Assembly (NCBI GenBank): GCA_964478485.1
Contig: CAYZJE010000095.1
Coordinates: forward strand, 1 to 53,707
From: an uncultured Syntrophobacter sp.
Lineage (GTDB): Bacteria; Desulfobacterota; Binatia; UBA9968
Direction of reading: 5' to 3'
DNA: 53,707 nucleotides
Both the position numbers and the translations under genes were made by a program. The notes beneath the pieces are model-generated. The model had not been told where the DNA came from. It worked only from the letters and a program-made list of their open reading frames with translations, and did no database searches. How positions within the stretch are numbered: position 1 is the stretch's first letter; each line of letters starts with the position of its first letter. Below are positions 53,347 through 53,707 of the stretch, one piece after another.

Positions 53347-53706
53347 CTACTTAATCCGCGGCCCAAACAGCGCCGTGCCGACGCGCACGATGGTCGCCCC
53401 TTCTTCGATCGCCACCATGTAATCGTGCGTCATGCCCATGGACAAATCTTTCAATTGAACGTTGGGTAAACGCAAATCCGCGAGCGAATCTCGCAGCTCG
53501 CGCAGCGCACGAAAATATAGCCGAACTTCTTCGAGATTTTCGCGAAACGGCGGCACGGTCATCAATCCTTCGATGCTTAAATGCGACAGTTCGCTCAAAG
53601 CTTCCATCAACGCTTGCACCTGTTCTTTCGCGACACCGGACTTACTCTCCTCACCGCCAAGATTCACTTCGACAAACGCCCGGATCGTCTTGCCCCGCTT
53701 CGCCCC
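53347..53706 (-). CDS. yggS: YggS-family pyridoxal-phosphate homeostasis protein, C-terminal part (5-prime end outside window)
   Basis: The reading frame is open to the window edge. VEVNLGGEESKSGV ... GLMTVPP ... LSMGMTHDYMVAIEEGATIVRVGTALFG matches YggS/PLPBP. Confidence 0.85.
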   Translation of the reverse strand, partial: GAKRGKTIRAFVEVNLGGEESKSGVAKEQVQALMEALSELSHLSIEGLMTVPPFRENLEEVRLYFRALRELRDSLADLRLPNVQLKDLSMGMTHDYMVAIEEGATIVRVGTALFGPRIK

Positions 53707-53707
53707 T

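Overview
The window is almost entirely core housekeeping DNA from a Gram-negative-type bacterium (LptF/LptG and an AsmA-family protein are present; taxon not determined). From 35984 down to 4168 the minus strand carries one co-directional information-processing array: tRNA-Thr/Tyr/Gly/Thr, tuf, rpmG, tRNA-Trp, secE, nusG, rplKAJL, rpoBC, rpsLG, fusA, then the S10, spc and alpha ribosomal blocks ending at rplQ. Flanking it are livHM and an AsmA-family gene (left). To the right lie rlmB, lptFG, tRNA-Val/Asp with rplM-rpsI, tig-clpP-clpX-lon behind tRNA-Leu, a tRNA-Pro/Arg/His/Lys operon, rph-rdgB, an aldehyde dehydrogenase, a YhaM-like OB/HD protein, yggT and a partial yggS. I read 12 tRNAs by eye, plus two small ribosomal genes missing from the ORF track (rpmJ, rpmG). 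I found no multi-gene novel system: no defence, toxin-antitoxin, CRISPR, integrase or transposase signal. The items worth a second look are small. They are a two-copy composite intergenic repeat built on three tandem TTTGCGNNC units, and paralogous, strongly structured, strand-specific spacers in the tRNA-Pro/Arg/His/Lys operon. A small tRNA-flanked islet holds a decayed MobA-like gene, a DUF971 gene and an internally duplicated hypothetical protein. A canonical terminator-like hairpin sits directly upstream of fusA, and tuf and rpmD are absent from their usual positions. All calls rest on manual motif and structure reading; no database search, covariance model or folding energy was computed.
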